Assembly (NCBI GenBank): GCA_951406725.2
Contig: OX597834.1
Coordinates: 20,026,001-20,090,000, forward strand
Length of the DNA: 64,000 bases
Direction: 5' to 3'
Source of the DNA: Octopus vulgaris
Taxonomy: Eukaryota
Position 1 is the stretch's first letter; every line of letters starts with the position of its first letter. The notes beneath the pieces are model-generated. The model worked only from the letters and a program-made list of their open reading frames with translations, searched no databases and was not told the DNA's origin. This document shows positions 1 to 13,986 of this stretch, piece by piece. A program made the translations under genes and the position numbers.

Positions 1-73
1 GTGTGTAGTGGCTAGCGATCTATCATGACGAATGCTGAACAGAAGGGTCACATGTACATATATATATATATAG

Positions 74-196
74 GACAAGCTTCTTTCAGTTTCTGTATAC
101 CAAATCCACTCACAAGGCTTTTGTTGGCCTGAGGCCATAGTAGAAGACACTTGTCCAAGGTCCCACACAGTGGGACTGAACCGAGGACCATGTGGA
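74..196 (-). mobile_element. CORE-type SINE (family A, OR2-like), 5' fragment
   Basis: Reverse complement of the head and CORE-like segment (ccttgg..caagtgtcttctactat) of the full copy at 9213-9622. Confidence 0.8.
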
Positions 197-944
197 TTCC
201 TTGATAGGTAAATCCTGAATTAGCTTCCTTGAATTTTATGCAGTTAGCTTGAATGCATTGTGTATAACACTGTAATAAAGATGTTTTGAGGATGTATATA
301 CTCCATTCTTTTTTCTTATGTCTTGTATATACATATATGTGTGGTGGGTGGCATGTGTGTGAGTGCTGGCATTTATGTGTATGTATGCATGTGTGTGTGT
401 GTGTGTGTGTGTGTGCACACACATATGTGTATTTGTATATATGTATATATATATATATGTACGTATGTATATATGTCTATGTAAATAATCACTAATATTA
501 AGGACTTCAGTAAACTGGAAAATCTGATTTGCATAAGCAGTGCTTTGCCAACAGAGAGATCAGTTATTTAATTATGTATGCTCTCAGCAGTATATTCTCA
601 ATAACATAACAATACAATAGATTACATCTGCTGCAGTAGCACAGTGAGAGTGTATCAACATTTGTTTAAATTGGGCCAATATATTTGATGACACATGCAG
701 CGTCAGCTAAACTTCATATCATTACGATAGACATTACTTTATGGTACATTTATGTCATTAAAAACAAATCCTATTCCTACTTCATAGTTCAGTGATTATC
801 TGTAAGAAAGGCAAATGTGAGAAACAAAATAAAAATAAAACAAAAAAAAAGAACAGTTATTCTAATAAGTAATCCATGTGCAAATCATTTGTTTTGATGT
901 TGTTTTAATGAGTGAACTAAACATAAGCTGAGAATCATTAAAAA

Positions 945-1321
945 TAGAGCCGGATTTATAGGGTAATGAAGGGGGAAATTGCCCCAGGTCACTACAAGAT
1001 ATTGGGGGCCCCCTGCTATCTGCTATGAAATGTATGTAGCACTCAATACAGGGTGGCTCCACCTCTCAGCAGTCAGGCATGAAGAAGCTCTCTTTTGATA
1101 TACAAAGGTATCATCGCTTCTTAAAAAATGAAATGGATTTTCTTTTATGATAAATAACCATAGATTTTGCCACCTTAGAGACACCAATTAATTCAATTAA
1201 AATAATAAGATGGGTTTTGAGATTTAAATTCGGTAATTTTCCAAGATTTTAATTCGTGTGTATAACGGGCCCACTGAAATTGAAGTGACACACACACATC
1301 CATGGTTTAAATCCAGTCCTG
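945..1321. mobile_element. hAT-like MITE
   Basis: Imperfect TIRs TAGAGCCGGATTTATA / TTTAAATCCAGTCCTG, internal GGGGCCCC/GGGCCC motifs, and a near 8-bp TSD (attaaaaa 937-944, attaaagg 1322-1329). Confidence 0.7.
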
Positions 1322-2164
1322 ATTAAAGGTTGCCAGTTGACAAAGCAATACTTAGCCCAGTTGATGTGTTAGCTAATATAATACTTGTATTACTGAGAGT
1401 TTTATTTATTTATCTTTTATTTCTATTGTAATTTGTGAAAAATAGCAATCTCTGGCTTACCATATTTTACATGACTACAGTAACACTGGAATGTCTTTAA
1501 CAGTAATCTAGTCCAGAAGTTTACTTAAATTTTACTTAATGTTTACTTAAATTCCATGGCACATCAGTTCACTCAAAAGCCAAATTGGAAGGTAGAAACA
1601 ATGCCTGTAGAAAATCAGAATACTGGACAGAACAGCACCAAATTGTGATCTGCCATGGTACTTCAGTCTCCTGCAAAGCGAAATTGGCAGCAGCAGAAAT
1701 GATGTCAGAGGAAAATCAACACCGAAACTCTCTCAGATCCAGAAAAGTCAGCAAACAACTTGAGTAATGCCTGGATGATAAACTGCTTTCCATTAACATA
1801 GAATATTACAGCATTATTGAAAACATATAGTATACTTTAAACACACATACACACACTGATGACATATGTGTATATGTAACTGGGTGATGTATCTATACAG
1901 CTATGTTTTGCTCTCAGCAATATCCTATTGTTTTCCCATCACACTGGAAATATTGTTGTGTTTCAAAGTTTATGGTCATTAATCATTATTTTGATTTGGA
2001 AAGTTCTCCTGTTGCTTCTTCTTGTATATAAATTTGGTTCCGAAGAATAGAAAGCGAAAATAATTAAAGCCAGCTAAATTACATAGGACATAAGACAGGT
2101 TTACATAAATGTACACACACACACACACACACATGTATGTATATATAGATAACTGTGTGTCTTT

Positions 2165-2196
<32 letters not shown>

Positions 2197-2448
2197 TATA
2201 TACACATACACATACATATAATTATATATGTACACACATATATGCATACACATACATATATATATATACATATATACAAAGTAGCTGGCATCAGGAATTC
2301 CTTCCAGTTGCAAAATAGTGCTTCAAATGCCTGTCCATCCCGTAATGGAATGCAGAAGTGAAATTTTGATAATAATAGTACTGAGGATGATGATGATGAT
2401 GGTGGTGATGATGATGATGATGGTGATAGTGATGATGTGCACACACAC

Positions 2449-2487
<39 letters not shown>

Positions 2488-2789
2488 TGCATAGACATAC
2501 ACATTCACTGCTATCTTGCTAAAAAAAAATATGCTCTTGTCTTTCTCTCGTATTAGAAACATCCTTCTGTCTTAGTTTACACTCATTAATCATTATTCTT
2601 CTTTGAGAAGTTATTTGGTCGGTTCTGTTGTTCATAGATCTGATTCCAAAGAGAAGAGAAGAAATAAACGGTCAAAGCCAGATAGAATTCATAGAAGAAT
2701 AAAACAGCTTTACATCTGCTCTGTCTTTTTCTCTGGTGCATCATTTTTACCTTTTTCCTGAATGGAATGGTCCTTTATTCTCATTATTA

Positions 2790-2998
2790 TTGAGCTGGCA
2801 GAATGGTTGGCACAACAGGCAAAATGCTTAGGGACATTTTTATCTATCCTCACATTCTAAGTTCAAATTCTGCCGAGGTCGACTTTGCCTTTCATTCTTT
2901 TGGAGTCGATAATATAAGAACCAGTTGAGCACTGGGGTTGATGTAATCGACTATCCCCCTACCCTGAAACTCAGACCTTGTGCCTATAGTAGAAAGGA

Positions 2999-3054
<56 letters not shown>

Positions 3055-3082
3055 ATTATTGTTGTTGTTGTTGTTGTTATCC

Positions 3083-3154
<72 letters not shown>

Positions 3155-4490
3155 CTGCTGCTGGTGGTGGGGGCTGGCAGAATTGTTAAAATGCTGGGCA
3201 AAATGCGTAGCAGTATTTTGTCTTTCTTTATGTTCTGAGTTCAAATTCTGGAAAGTTGACTTTATCTTTCATCCTTTCAGGGTCAATAAATTAAGTACTA
3301 GTGAAACACTGGTGTAGATGCCATCGACTAGTCCCATCCCTCCCGATTTCAGGCCTTGAGCCTTTAGTATAAAGGATTGTTGTTGTTGTTGTTGTCATCA
3401 TCATCATTAAAAAGGTGGGCCAACAGAATCATTAGTGAGCCAGGCAAAATGGTTCACAGAATTTTGACTGAGATCAAATTCCACTGAGACTGATTTTGCC
3501 TCCTCCTTTAAGGGTCAATAAAATAAGTACCAGTTGAATACTGAGGTCAATGTAATCAACTTAACCTCTCTTCCAAGATTGCTGGCCTTGTGCTAAAATT
3601 TGAAACCAATATTTCTGAAACATCATTTTACACAAATTATATTTTATTTTCTGTGGTCATTGCAAATTGTTTTATTTTCTTTGCTGCCATTAGATCTGGT
3701 GATAAAGCTTTTGGCCCTAAATTGAACAAGACTTTTCATCCCATATTGAATGTAACATTTGCTTAGTCCTTGCTATGTTACTTAATCAACCCCAGAAGGC
3801 CAGCAAGCAAGGTCGACCACAGTGAAATTTGAGCTCAGAACATTGAGATAACAAGGCAACGAACTGGCAGAAACATTAGCATGCCAGGCGAAATGCTTAG
3901 CGGTATTTCGGCTGTCGCTACGTTCTGAGTTCAAATTCCACTGAGGTCGACTTTGCCTTTCATCCTTTCGGGGTCGATTGAATAAGTACCAGTTACGCAC
4001 TAGGGTCGATATAATCGACTTAATCTCTTTGTCTGTTCTTGTTTGTCCTCTCTGTGGTTAGCCCCTTCTGGGTAGTAAAGAAATAGGCATTTCCTCTGTC
4101 TTTACATTTTGAGTTCAAATTCTGCTGAGGTCAACTATGCCTTTCCTCCTTTTGGGGTCGATAAATTAAGTACCATTTGTGTACTGGAGGCAATCTAATC
4201 AACTGGCCTCCTTCCCCAAAATTTCAGGCCTTGTGCCTTGAGTAGAAAAGAATATTAAGACAACTCTATAAATATCCTTTCTACTATTGGTACAAGGCCT
4301 GAAATTTGGGTGAGGGTATTGTTGATTACATCGACCCCAGTACTCAACTGGTACTTATATTATCGACCCTGAAAGGATGAAAGGTAAAGTCAACCTCAGA
4401 GTAATTTGAACACAAAACATACAGATACAAGAATTTACCGCTAATCATTTTGTCCAGTGTGCTAACGACTCTGCAAGCTTGCTACCTTAG
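2790..4490. mobile_element. Cluster of family B SINEs (Meta-domain-like)
   Basis: At least 6 copies with head gagctggcagaa and core gtcgactttgcctttcatcctttcggggtcgat..aagtaccag. + copies at ~2790-2998, 3168-3380, 3410-3610 and 3853-4250; - copies at ~3790-3845 and 4265-4490. Confidence 0.85.
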
Positions 4491-4542
4491 ATAACTATAT
4501 AAATACCGCTAAGCAGATATAGCAATTAAAGAAAGAACAAGA

Positions 4543-4771
4543 TTAACCCTGCCATTACCAGCCTGGCTGAAACTGCTTCTGGCTCTGTAGTACAAATGTC
4601 TTGTCTTCATTAGTTCTCAATTAAAATCTTCCACCAAACTTTAGTCACAACTTATGCTCCTAACACTAGGTTAATGATAACTAAGTTATTTTACTAAATT
4701 CTTTGTTATATTTAAAGTAGCTGAAAGAAACACAGAGCATCTCAAAATATATACAGCAATGAAAGGTTTAA
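4543..4771 (+). mobile_element. piggyBac-like MITE copy 1
   Basis: TTAA-CCCT...AAGG(T)-TTAA ends; highly similar to 7240-7469. Confidence 0.8.
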
Positions 4772-5524
4772 GCTATAAAAAATATTAATATTTCAAATAT
4801 TATTTCCCATATATTATATCTTATTCTCTTTGGTCATTACAAATTGTTTCCTTGGTCTCCTACCATGTTTTATGCCTCACTAAATACACACTTTACTAAG
4901 AAACCAATTATTTCCTCCGGTTCCTTGTACCAATATTTAAAGATTGATATTAGTGCATTCAGAGTCATCCAGGTCAACATTTACACCATGGAAGATTGAC
5001 AGTCTTTTGTTTAGCTGTTTGATTTATTTCCATGGATTTTCTGATTAGATATCTTCATTTTTATTCCATTTTGCTTTTGTTTCCCTTTTTCTTGACCAAG
5101 ATTTCGAAAGTGAGACAAGATTATTTCAAGAGTACAAAAATAAAATAAAAATAAAATAAAATAAAATAAACGAAAAATAAAAACCATATCTTGTAATTTC
5201 ATATTTGATATTAATTTTTTGAGAATTTTTTGGTTCTTTTGTATGTAATTCATTGTTAGCATGGGTTAGATAGATCTGTAAATTTTGATGTTTGCTTGAA
5301 AATTCAATTGATAAAATGAATGTTGTTTCCTTAAAACCAACATTTTTGCTGTGTGATTTAGGAAGGAGCACAACTGTTTTTGTTGTTGTTTTTCTTCTGT
5401 TCTTTTTGGCTAGTGTAATGGAGGAAAATTGCAAGAATTAATTCTAAATTAATTAGAGCTAGGTTTGGTTCAAATATTTACCAATCAGTAAAAGGCAGAC
5501 AAGAATCCACTTACCAGTTCTCAC

Positions 5525-5732
5525 TTAACCATGCTAAACTACGTTCCATTTTTTCCAGTTAATTTTTAAAATAATGAATGATTTAGAAAATAACTTTATT
5601 GTTTGTCTGGTGTTTGGAATATAAATAAACATGAAATTTCAATGGGAGGTTTTGATTTTGATCACCAAAAGCAGGCAGTTTGTATTATGGAACCATGGGC
5701 AGCCTCAGATGCAATGGTATCAAAAAGGTTAA
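5525..5732 (-). mobile_element. piggyBac-like MITE copy 2 (diverged, inverted)
   Basis: TTAA-bounded; reverse-complement similarity to 7240-7469; ends in aaaaggttaa. Confidence 0.6.
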
Positions 5733-5836
5733 GACTCTTGTAACTTGGCAAGCAGTAAACCCGAATGTCTAGTTCAAATATTTGCCATTCTGTAAAGGAC
5801 AGACAAGGATCCACATAAAAACTCCTACCTAAATAT

Positions 5837-6058
5837 TTAATTACCATATTTCTGATGAAATGCACTTCCTTTGCATCATTTAATTTGGAAAATTATGAAG
5901 AATTTAGTAAAACCACTTCGCCATTATAAATCTGGTGCTTGGAAGATTGGCTAACAGGAAGTTTTGATGGAAGGTTTTAATTTAAATCATTTTACAACAG
6001 AAAGTCTGCATTGTAGAACAAGGGGAACTCTCAGGTGGGTTGCTGTCGAAAGGGTTAA
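5837..6058 (-). mobile_element. piggyBac-like MITE copy 3 (inverted)
   Basis: Ends in gaaagggttaa; contains aagaatttagtaaaa, the reverse complement of the ttttactaaattctt shared by copies 1 and 5. Confidence 0.65.
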
Positions 6059-6315
6059 AGAATATCACATGATATTTACAATAAATCTAATTTACCTGTT
6101 ATCTTTTTAGAATTGTATTTTCAATTATCTTGGGCGAAAGCACTTTGCTAGAAAAACAATTATTCTGATGTAAATATTTTGAAATATGTTTATGGAGATG
6201 TTATATGCACCTCTTTGAACAATACCTAATTTTTAATGTATAAAATAAATATAAATGGTCTATTTATCTACTTATTACTGTCTATCTCTCTCTCTCTCTT
6301 GTATCTTTCTGTCAC

Positions 6316-6523
6316 TATGTATGTATGTACATATGTATGTATGTATGTATGTATGTATTTTTGTATGTATGTATGTATGTATGTTTGTATGTATGTATGT
6401 ATGTATGTATGTATGTATGTATGTATGTATGTATGTATGTATGTATGTATGCATTTATGTATGTATATATGTATGTATGTACATATGTATGTACATATGT
6501 ATGTATGTATGTATGTTTGTATG

Positions 6524-6557
<34 letters not shown>

Positions 6558-6571
6558 TGCATTTATGTATG

Positions 6572-6602
<31 letters not shown>

Positions 6603-6760
6603 TTATGTATGTATTTATGTATGTATGTATGTATGTATGTATGTATGTACGTACGTATGTATGTATATATGTACGTACGTATGTATGTATATATGTATGT
6701 ACGTATGTATGTATACATGTATGTGTGTATGTATACATGTATGTATGTATGTATGTATCT
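6316..6760. repeat. (ATGT)n microsatellite
   Basis: About 440 bp imperfect tetranucleotide array; source of several spurious ORFs. Confidence 0.95.
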
Positions 6761-6996
6761 ATCTATCTTCTCTCTCTCTCTCTCTCTCTCTTACTATTAA
6801 TGTCCATTCCTTCTCTTACAAATTAAACAGCAAGATACTGACTCTACATTGTATGTCTGCTTCCCATCCTCCATTTCATTTTCACAAATTGCCTTCCATT
6901 GTTCCCTTCACAAACAGCCTCTGAGGTCATTTCTAATTTTCTCATATACCATTTTGAAAATAATTACATTATTTTTTCCATTCATTCATTTCAAAT

Positions 6997-7222
6997 TTAA
7001 CCCTTTTCATCCCAACTTTCCTGAGACCACCCATCGTTTCATGACACAAACTTTGTTTTAAAGTGATCTAAATTTAAACCTTTCTCCAATACTTTGTCAG
7101 TTTATACTCCAAACATCATCTTAATAATATCAAACTTATCTTACTAAATTCTTTATCATTTTCAAAATAATTCTAAACAATAGCAATGTGTTTCAACAGA
7201 AATAGATTAACAAAAGTTTTAA
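6997..7222 (+). mobile_element. piggyBac-like MITE copy 4 (diverged)
   Basis: TTAA-CCCTTT start, shared internal ttactaaattcttt, TTAA end. Confidence 0.65.
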
Positions 7223-7239
7223 TCTCTAATTTATTTTGA

Positions 7240-7469
7240 TTAACCCTTTCATTACCAACCTGGCTGAAACCGTCTCTCTCTCTCTGAGTATAAATGTCTT
7301 GTTTTCATAAGTTTTGAATTAAAATCTTCCACCAAACCTTAGTCACAATTTATGTTCCTAACACTAGCTGAATGATAACTAAGTTATTTTACTAAATTCT
7401 TTGTTATATTTAAAGTAATTGAAAGAAACACAGAGCATCTCAAAATAAATACAGTAACGAAAGGGTTAA
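7240..7469 (+). mobile_element. piggyBac-like MITE copy 5
   Basis: TTAA CCCTTTCATTAC ... GTAACGAAAGGG TTAA: 12-bp TIR with 1 mismatch and a TTAA target. Confidence 0.85.
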
Positions 7470-8364
7470 GAAATACTAGATTATTTGTCTCTAAGTTAAT
7501 CAAAATTCTTTATTTTTTACCCCTCTCACTCTTATTTTTTATATTTTTGTTTTGTTTTTACTAGGTACGAAACCCTTTCTTGCGTGGGGATGGGCATATA
7601 GTTGAGAGAATTGGTACCAGAATTTTATTTGCATTTAATTCATTAAATTCATGGTCTGTGAAAGAAGAATGGAAAAAAAAATTGGAGCTGAATTCCACGG
7701 ATTTTTGCACTGCAGTTTGTTTGGCATCAAACTATACATGATGTTTGCATCAAATATGCACCAGTTCCTATATGCATTCTATGAACACCAGTTCTTGCAT
7801 GCAGCCAGTGAATGTTCACCAATTCTTTCATGCATCATTTGTGCAGCAAAAGTAATTGTGGTGTCAAAGGTTCAAACAGATACAAACTTTCTCATTGGGT
7901 GACTGTTTAACATACGAATAAAAATCAAAACAATCTGCAGTGTGAAGGGAAGTACATATTGGATGATGTAGTCCTAGATATACTTAACCCCTCACCTGGA
8001 CATAGACAAACAAAAGGATGGAATAAATAAAGATGAGATGGTTACAAGTGATATATATACAATGATAGATCTATGGGAGCTGGACTGCCTTGGGAATAAA
8101 CAATGTCAACAAGAACAGCCCCAACAACAACAACAACTATAAGAAAACATCATTAACAGTAACAACAACTACACTGTTTAATCAAAGATGAATAAGTTGA
8201 ACATTTAAAATGTATGCAATAGACAATGCCAAACAGAGTTCTAATCACACCAAAGCATGACATTTCCAGAATTCTTCACATTTTGGTTGTTCTTAACTCT
8301 TTAGCATCTTTCGTTTCATAATGCAGAAGTTCTCATAAAGAAGCTGACACAGGGATTCTCATTA

Positions 8365-8842
8365 ACATCGTCATCACCACCATCATCATTATCATCATCA
8401 TCAATATCACCCTCATCATCACCACCACCATTATCTTCATCATTGTCGTCATCATCACCATCATCTTCATCATTATCATCGTCGTTGTCATCATCACCAT
8501 CATGTTTATCATCATCATCATTGTCGTCATCATCACCATCATCATCGTCACCATCATGTTCATCACCATCATCACCACCATCATCTTCATCATCATCACC
8601 ACCATCATCATCTTCATCATCATCACCATCACCAACATCGTCACTGCCACCACCATTACTACCATCATTGTCAGTATTGTTGTCATTATCACTTCCACTA
8701 CCACCACAGCCCTTCTCCTCCATGGCATCATCTCTACCATCACCACCACCAGCAGAAATACCCATACCACCTCCACCATCATCATCACCATTATCTTCAC
8801 CATCACCACCGCCACCTCTATTACCATCATGATCATCATCTT
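8365..8842. repeat. (CAT/CAC)n trinucleotide low-complexity tract
   Basis: Imperfect triplet array, open in several frames on both strands. Confidence 0.9.
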
Positions 8843-9162
8843 CACTGCTTACATGTTTGTTTTTTCCATCCTCTCAAACTTCTTAACACATCTTAAGCAG
8901 CACGCCTTTTCTGATGTCAATTCTTTAACCAAAAACTACATAAAGTATTACAGCTCAAAAACAGTTCTTTTACAGTGTGTTTTTTCTCAGACTTATATAT
9001 ATATATGAAGCTTATATATATATATATGAAGAGTAGATAGACAGCTGACTACTGATGAAGGGTGCTTTCTCAGTGCTTACTGGTTTTGTTTTCCATTTTT
9101 TCTCATAGTTTACGTATTTCCTGTTATTTGCACCGTTGGTGACATCCTGTGCCCATATATGC

Positions 9163-9211
<49 letters not shown>

Positions 9212-9212
9212 A

Positions 9213-9375
9213 GGTGCAGGAGTGGCTGTGTGGTAAGTAGCTTGCTTACTAACCACATGGTTCTGGTTTCAGTTCCACTGTGTGGCACCTTGGGCAAGTG
9301 TCTTCTACTATAGCCTCAGGCCAACCAAAGCCTTGTGAGTGGATTTGGTAGACAGAAACTGAAAGAAGTCCGTTG

Positions 9376-9408
<33 letters not shown>

Positions 9409-9622
9409 ATGTGTGTATGCGTGTGTTCCATGTTTGTCCCCCCAACATCGCTTGACAACCGATGGTGGTGTGTTTACATCCGCATAACTTAGTGGTTTAG
9501 CTAAAGAGACTGATAGAATAAGTTCTAGGCTTCCAAAGAATAAGTCCTAGGGTTGATTTGCTCGACTAAAGGCGGTGCTCCAGCATGGCCACAGCCATAT
9601 GACTGAAACAAGTAAAAGAGTA
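9213..9622 (+). mobile_element. Full-length CORE-type SINE (family A, OR2-like)
   Basis: tRNA-like head (gtggctgtgtggtaag...ggtttcagttcc), CORE-like ggcaccttgggcaagtgtcttc, internal (TA)n and tail gactgaaacaagtaaaagag. Confidence 0.88.
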
Positions 9623-9846
9623 TATATCAATATATATATATATATAAATTCACAATTAGGCAATGGTGTCGATAATATCCAGACTACATATGTTTCATAG
9701 CTAGCAAAACCTCAGAAGTAGTAATTGTCCAAATGAGGGGCAATCCACTAACGACTCATAAGAAACGATATACCTACTACGGACTGCTTAAAGCTTACTT
9801 TCTTCCTACACCTTGATCCTTGGATCACACTTTCACTTATTATATA

Positions 9847-9882
<36 letters not shown>

Positions 9883-10385
9883 TATATATATAGTTTTTCT
9901 GTCTACAATTCCACACATAAAGCACCAATCAGCCTCGTTTGCCTAAGGCTTCATGCAGTGTAATTAATAACAGCAACAAGTTCAAATCGCTAACGACACA
10001 CCATACATTCTCTTCATTAATTTCATGTTTTCACACCAGATTTCACATCCAATTATCTCTCTGAAGCAATTGTTAACTTAAGCTCATTATAATTACTTTG
10101 TGTTCACCACTGAAAAATGCAGTATAAGCAATTTAGGTTAGTTTTGAGGATTTTGCAAGGTTTAAAATTAAAGGGTCACTTTTCAGTGATAGGGTTAGTT
10201 TCAAAATCTAAGATTTATTTGGCAAATCTTTTTTAAAGGGTGGGCAGGTACCCAATGTTTGTTTGTTAACAAGGTATGTTCTTTAATAATCATCTCTTCG
10301 GTGTTGTATGCAACATGCTTATGAATTCCATGATTGGTCTGTTACAGAAATGAAATTCAGTTGCGTACATATATATATATATAGC

Positions 10386-10442
<57 letters not shown>

Positions 10443-10609
10443 TATATGTATATATATATATATAAATATATGAAAGAATGGAGTTGAACGACGAATAACA
10501 AAATTCCTTTATCGACATATGTTTCTAAACAAGATAATATATATATATATATATATATAAACATATATATATATATTTATATATATATATTTATATATAT
10601 ATAGATATA

Positions 10610-10655
<46 letters not shown>

Positions 10656-10948
10656 ATAGACACACGTGTGTGTATGTGTGAATTGTCAAGAATTATTTGA
10701 TTAACTTGGCTCTTTTTTAATATACTTATCTTGCAGTTAGTTATATCTTCCTTATGTTTTCAACTCAATTATTAGGTTTTAGTCACACCTATTTCTAGCG
10801 ACCATATCTACAGAATACAGTGTTATAATTATGTTTCCATTTAGCACACAACAACAACATAAGTATTGGACTACATGCATACACATGCTCTATCACATAC
10901 ACATACATCGATATAACTATGTACACAGACACACACACACACACACAG

Positions 10949-10980
<32 letters not shown>

Positions 10981-11004
10981 GTATGGTTTCATTCCTTTAT
11001 TCTA

Positions 11005-11368
11005 TTACTTGTTTTAGTCATTTAACTGCATCCATGCTGGAGAACTGCCTTGAGGGATTTTTAGTTGAAGAAATTGTTCCCAGGACTTATTCTTTGTAAG
11101 AATAGTATTTATTCTATTGGTCTCTTTTGCCAAACTTCTAAGTTGCAGGGATGTAAACACACCAACATCAGTTGTCGAGTGATGATGGGGAAACAAACAC
11201 AGAAACAAAGACACACACATAAATATATACATATATATATATGTGTATATATACAATGGGCTTCTTTCAGTTTCCATCTACCAAATCCATTCACATGGCT
11301 TTAGTCAGCCTGAGGCAATAGCAGAAGACATTTGCCTAAGGTGTCATGCTGTGAGACTGAACCCAGAA
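11005..11368 (-). mobile_element. Family A SINE
   Basis: Reverse-complement match to 9213-9622. Confidence 0.85.
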
Positions 11369-11530
11369 TTTTTACTCTACAAACTTACGGAGAAATCTTT
11401 CAGATTAATGTAAAATTGTTTTAATTATATCGGAACATTAAAAACATTAAAAACAAACATATATATATATATATTTGCATTTGAATTTATGTTTCTACAA
11501 ACGATATATATATATATATATATATATATT

Positions 11531-11690
11531 TCATCATCATCATCATCATCGTTGTCACTTTCCATGCTGGCATGGGTTGGACGGTTTGATTGAGGACTGG
11601 CAAGTCAGAAGGCTGTATCAGGCTCCAATCTGATCTGGCAAAGTTTCTACAGATGGGAAAAGAATGCTAGGTCAGATTGGAGCCAGGCAT
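11531..11690 (-). mobile_element. Family D retroposon 3' end (RTE-like tail with (GAT)n)
   Basis: (cat)n then tttccatgctggcatgggttggacgg; same segment at 13495-13720 and 14460-14850, and on + at 51835-52035. Confidence 0.7.
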
Positions 11691-12393
11691 ATATATGTGT
11701 GTTTGTGTGTGCATGTGTGTGTGTGTGCATGTACATGTGTGTGTGTGCACGTGCATGTGTGTGTGTGTATTACCCATCATTTTAAAATCCAGGTTTTGTC
11801 CCCATTAACGGGCATAGCCAGATCTACCCCTGAGGCTTTTTTGTAGCCAGATTTTCCCTGGGTAGCATGCTTATCCACAACCTCAGTTTCTAGACATGAG
11901 TGGTTCTGAGACAAAGGCCTCTACCATGATTTTTAAGAAATGTGGTGGAAAACTAGCTCAAGAGGGCAGGGACGCTACTCCTTGAGACCTCTTACAGAGC
12001 CCACCCCCAGTACCTATATATGTATATATAAAATTGCAATATAGAATACAGTAACTTCATGTTACCAAAAGCTTCAAAATCTCTTAGAGGAACACATGAT
12101 GTTTGATTTAATTTTCATCAGACTTGGTTTATTTGTACATCTTGCTTCATCCAACATTTATTCCAAATCAGTTTACATGTGAAGAGTACATACTAAAAAA
12201 TACACCAGTACACACTTAAACCAACACAGTGGAAAGAAAATTAATCCAGTTACTTAGCCTGCCAGAGAATAATTTTGAAACATTTAATGACATGAAATGA
12301 CATACTCTGTACTTGTAAAAAACATATGAAATAGTTCTATACACTACGTTGAGTAATTCATAATTTGTCATATGAAACTTCATTACTATATAC

Positions 12394-12441
<48 letters not shown>

Positions 12442-13488
12442 ATATATATATATGTGTATATATATAAATGTGTGTGTATGTATGTGTATCTATGTATTTG
12501 TGCATGTGTGTTTGTATATATATATACATATATACATATATACATGATATTACATGGCTGAGACATGAATTTGCATGATAAAACTTTTTTGCCTCATTAA
12601 ACATGGACAGCAAAGAAATTCTTATTTGAAAAGAATTTTATTGAAGAGTTACCTTCAAATGCACTTTCCTCTGCTCTCCACTCCCTATATCTCTCTCTCT
12701 CTCTCCATTGTTCTATTTCTCCCTCTCTGTCTGTCTCTCACTATCTCTCTCTCTCTCACTCTCCCACTCATCAATTCTGCACTGCTTTTTTGGTTTTATT
12801 GACATCAAAATGACAAGAAAATTATAAGAATATAGACAAACATTTGTGTTGTATCACTGTGTGTGTGTATATTTCTTATCATATAAATGTCATTAAATAT
12901 GGAATAAAATTAGTAAAATAAATAACTAAATAATTGAATAAACACCAACGAAGCCTCTCGTAAAATATAAGAAACAAATTTATTACTATTTTCATATTTC
13001 GGTATTCATGTACTTTTACAGAAGATCTTTTGCATATTTCGGAATAGCTGCAACAGGCAGTATCTATTTTGGCTTTAGCTTTATAAAGCTTTATTTAGTT
13101 TGCAGGGGAAATAGAGTTAAGAAAAGGACAAAAAAACAAAAATATAATAAGTATAATAATAATAAATGTAATAAAAATGTAATAACAGACAAATCATATT
13201 TTCTTATTTTTATCGAAGTAAAACAATAAAATGGATGGAATATTTGCAAGAGTTTCACTTTCAGCAAAAATCATGTTCTTTGGAGGTTTTTTGGATTTTT
13301 TTTTTGTCTCTTTTTTTCTCTGACAAATGATGGTTCTATTCACCAAATGCACAAAAGTTTATAATTTTCTTGTCACCATAGTGCACGCACACACACACAC
13401 ACACACAACACACAAACACAAATAAAAATCATCTAAGGCTGCTTGCTTTGCCTGAAAATGCACTTAAATCATCATTATCATCATCATT

Positions 13489-13494
<6 letters not shown>

Positions 13495-13529
<35 letters not shown>

Positions 13530-13720
13530 TTAAAGTTCATGTTCCCAGCTGGCATGGGTTGAATGGGTTGACAGATCCAAGGGGTCCCAGGACAGAATCA
13601 TGCTCCAGTGTCCATTTTGGCATGGTTTCTACAGCTGGATGCCTTTCCTATCACCAACCATTTTACAATGCGTACTGATTGTTGTTGTTTTTTGTGCTAT
13701 CAACACTACTAAAGTTGCTC
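13495..13720 (-). mobile_element. Family D retroposon fragment
   Basis: ggcatgggtt...tttctacagctggatgcc shared with 14460-14850. Confidence 0.65.
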
Positions 13721-13986
13721 AAATTATACTTGGCCACCAGAACTGTATTAGCAGTAATGTAGGGCCCTCAACCAAAGCAATGCACAAGGACCTTTACATA
13801 CACAGATTATTAATGGGTCCTTTGCTCTGCATCTCATTCAGACCCAGTCTTAAGATAACACTTCCTACTGTCATAATCTTTTTGATATGAACCCTCCAAG
13901 ACCTCATCTGGTTCTCTGATACCAGCTCCCTTTTTTAAAATGATCCCAATTAAAACATTCCATCTGTATTTTTTTATGTAAATATG

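Noticed and set aside
7555-7570. tttactag|gtacga recursive-splice-like site
   Set aside because: Coincides with the decayed tail of a reverse family B SINE.
8316-9008. Asp-rich, Met-rich and Ile-rich ORFs resembling acidic biomineral proteins
   Set aside because: Products of a (CAT)n tract; no splice or signal-peptide support.
12085-12125. Additional hammerhead (minus CUGAUGA)
   Set aside because: No GAAA, no credible stem II or stem I; not counted.
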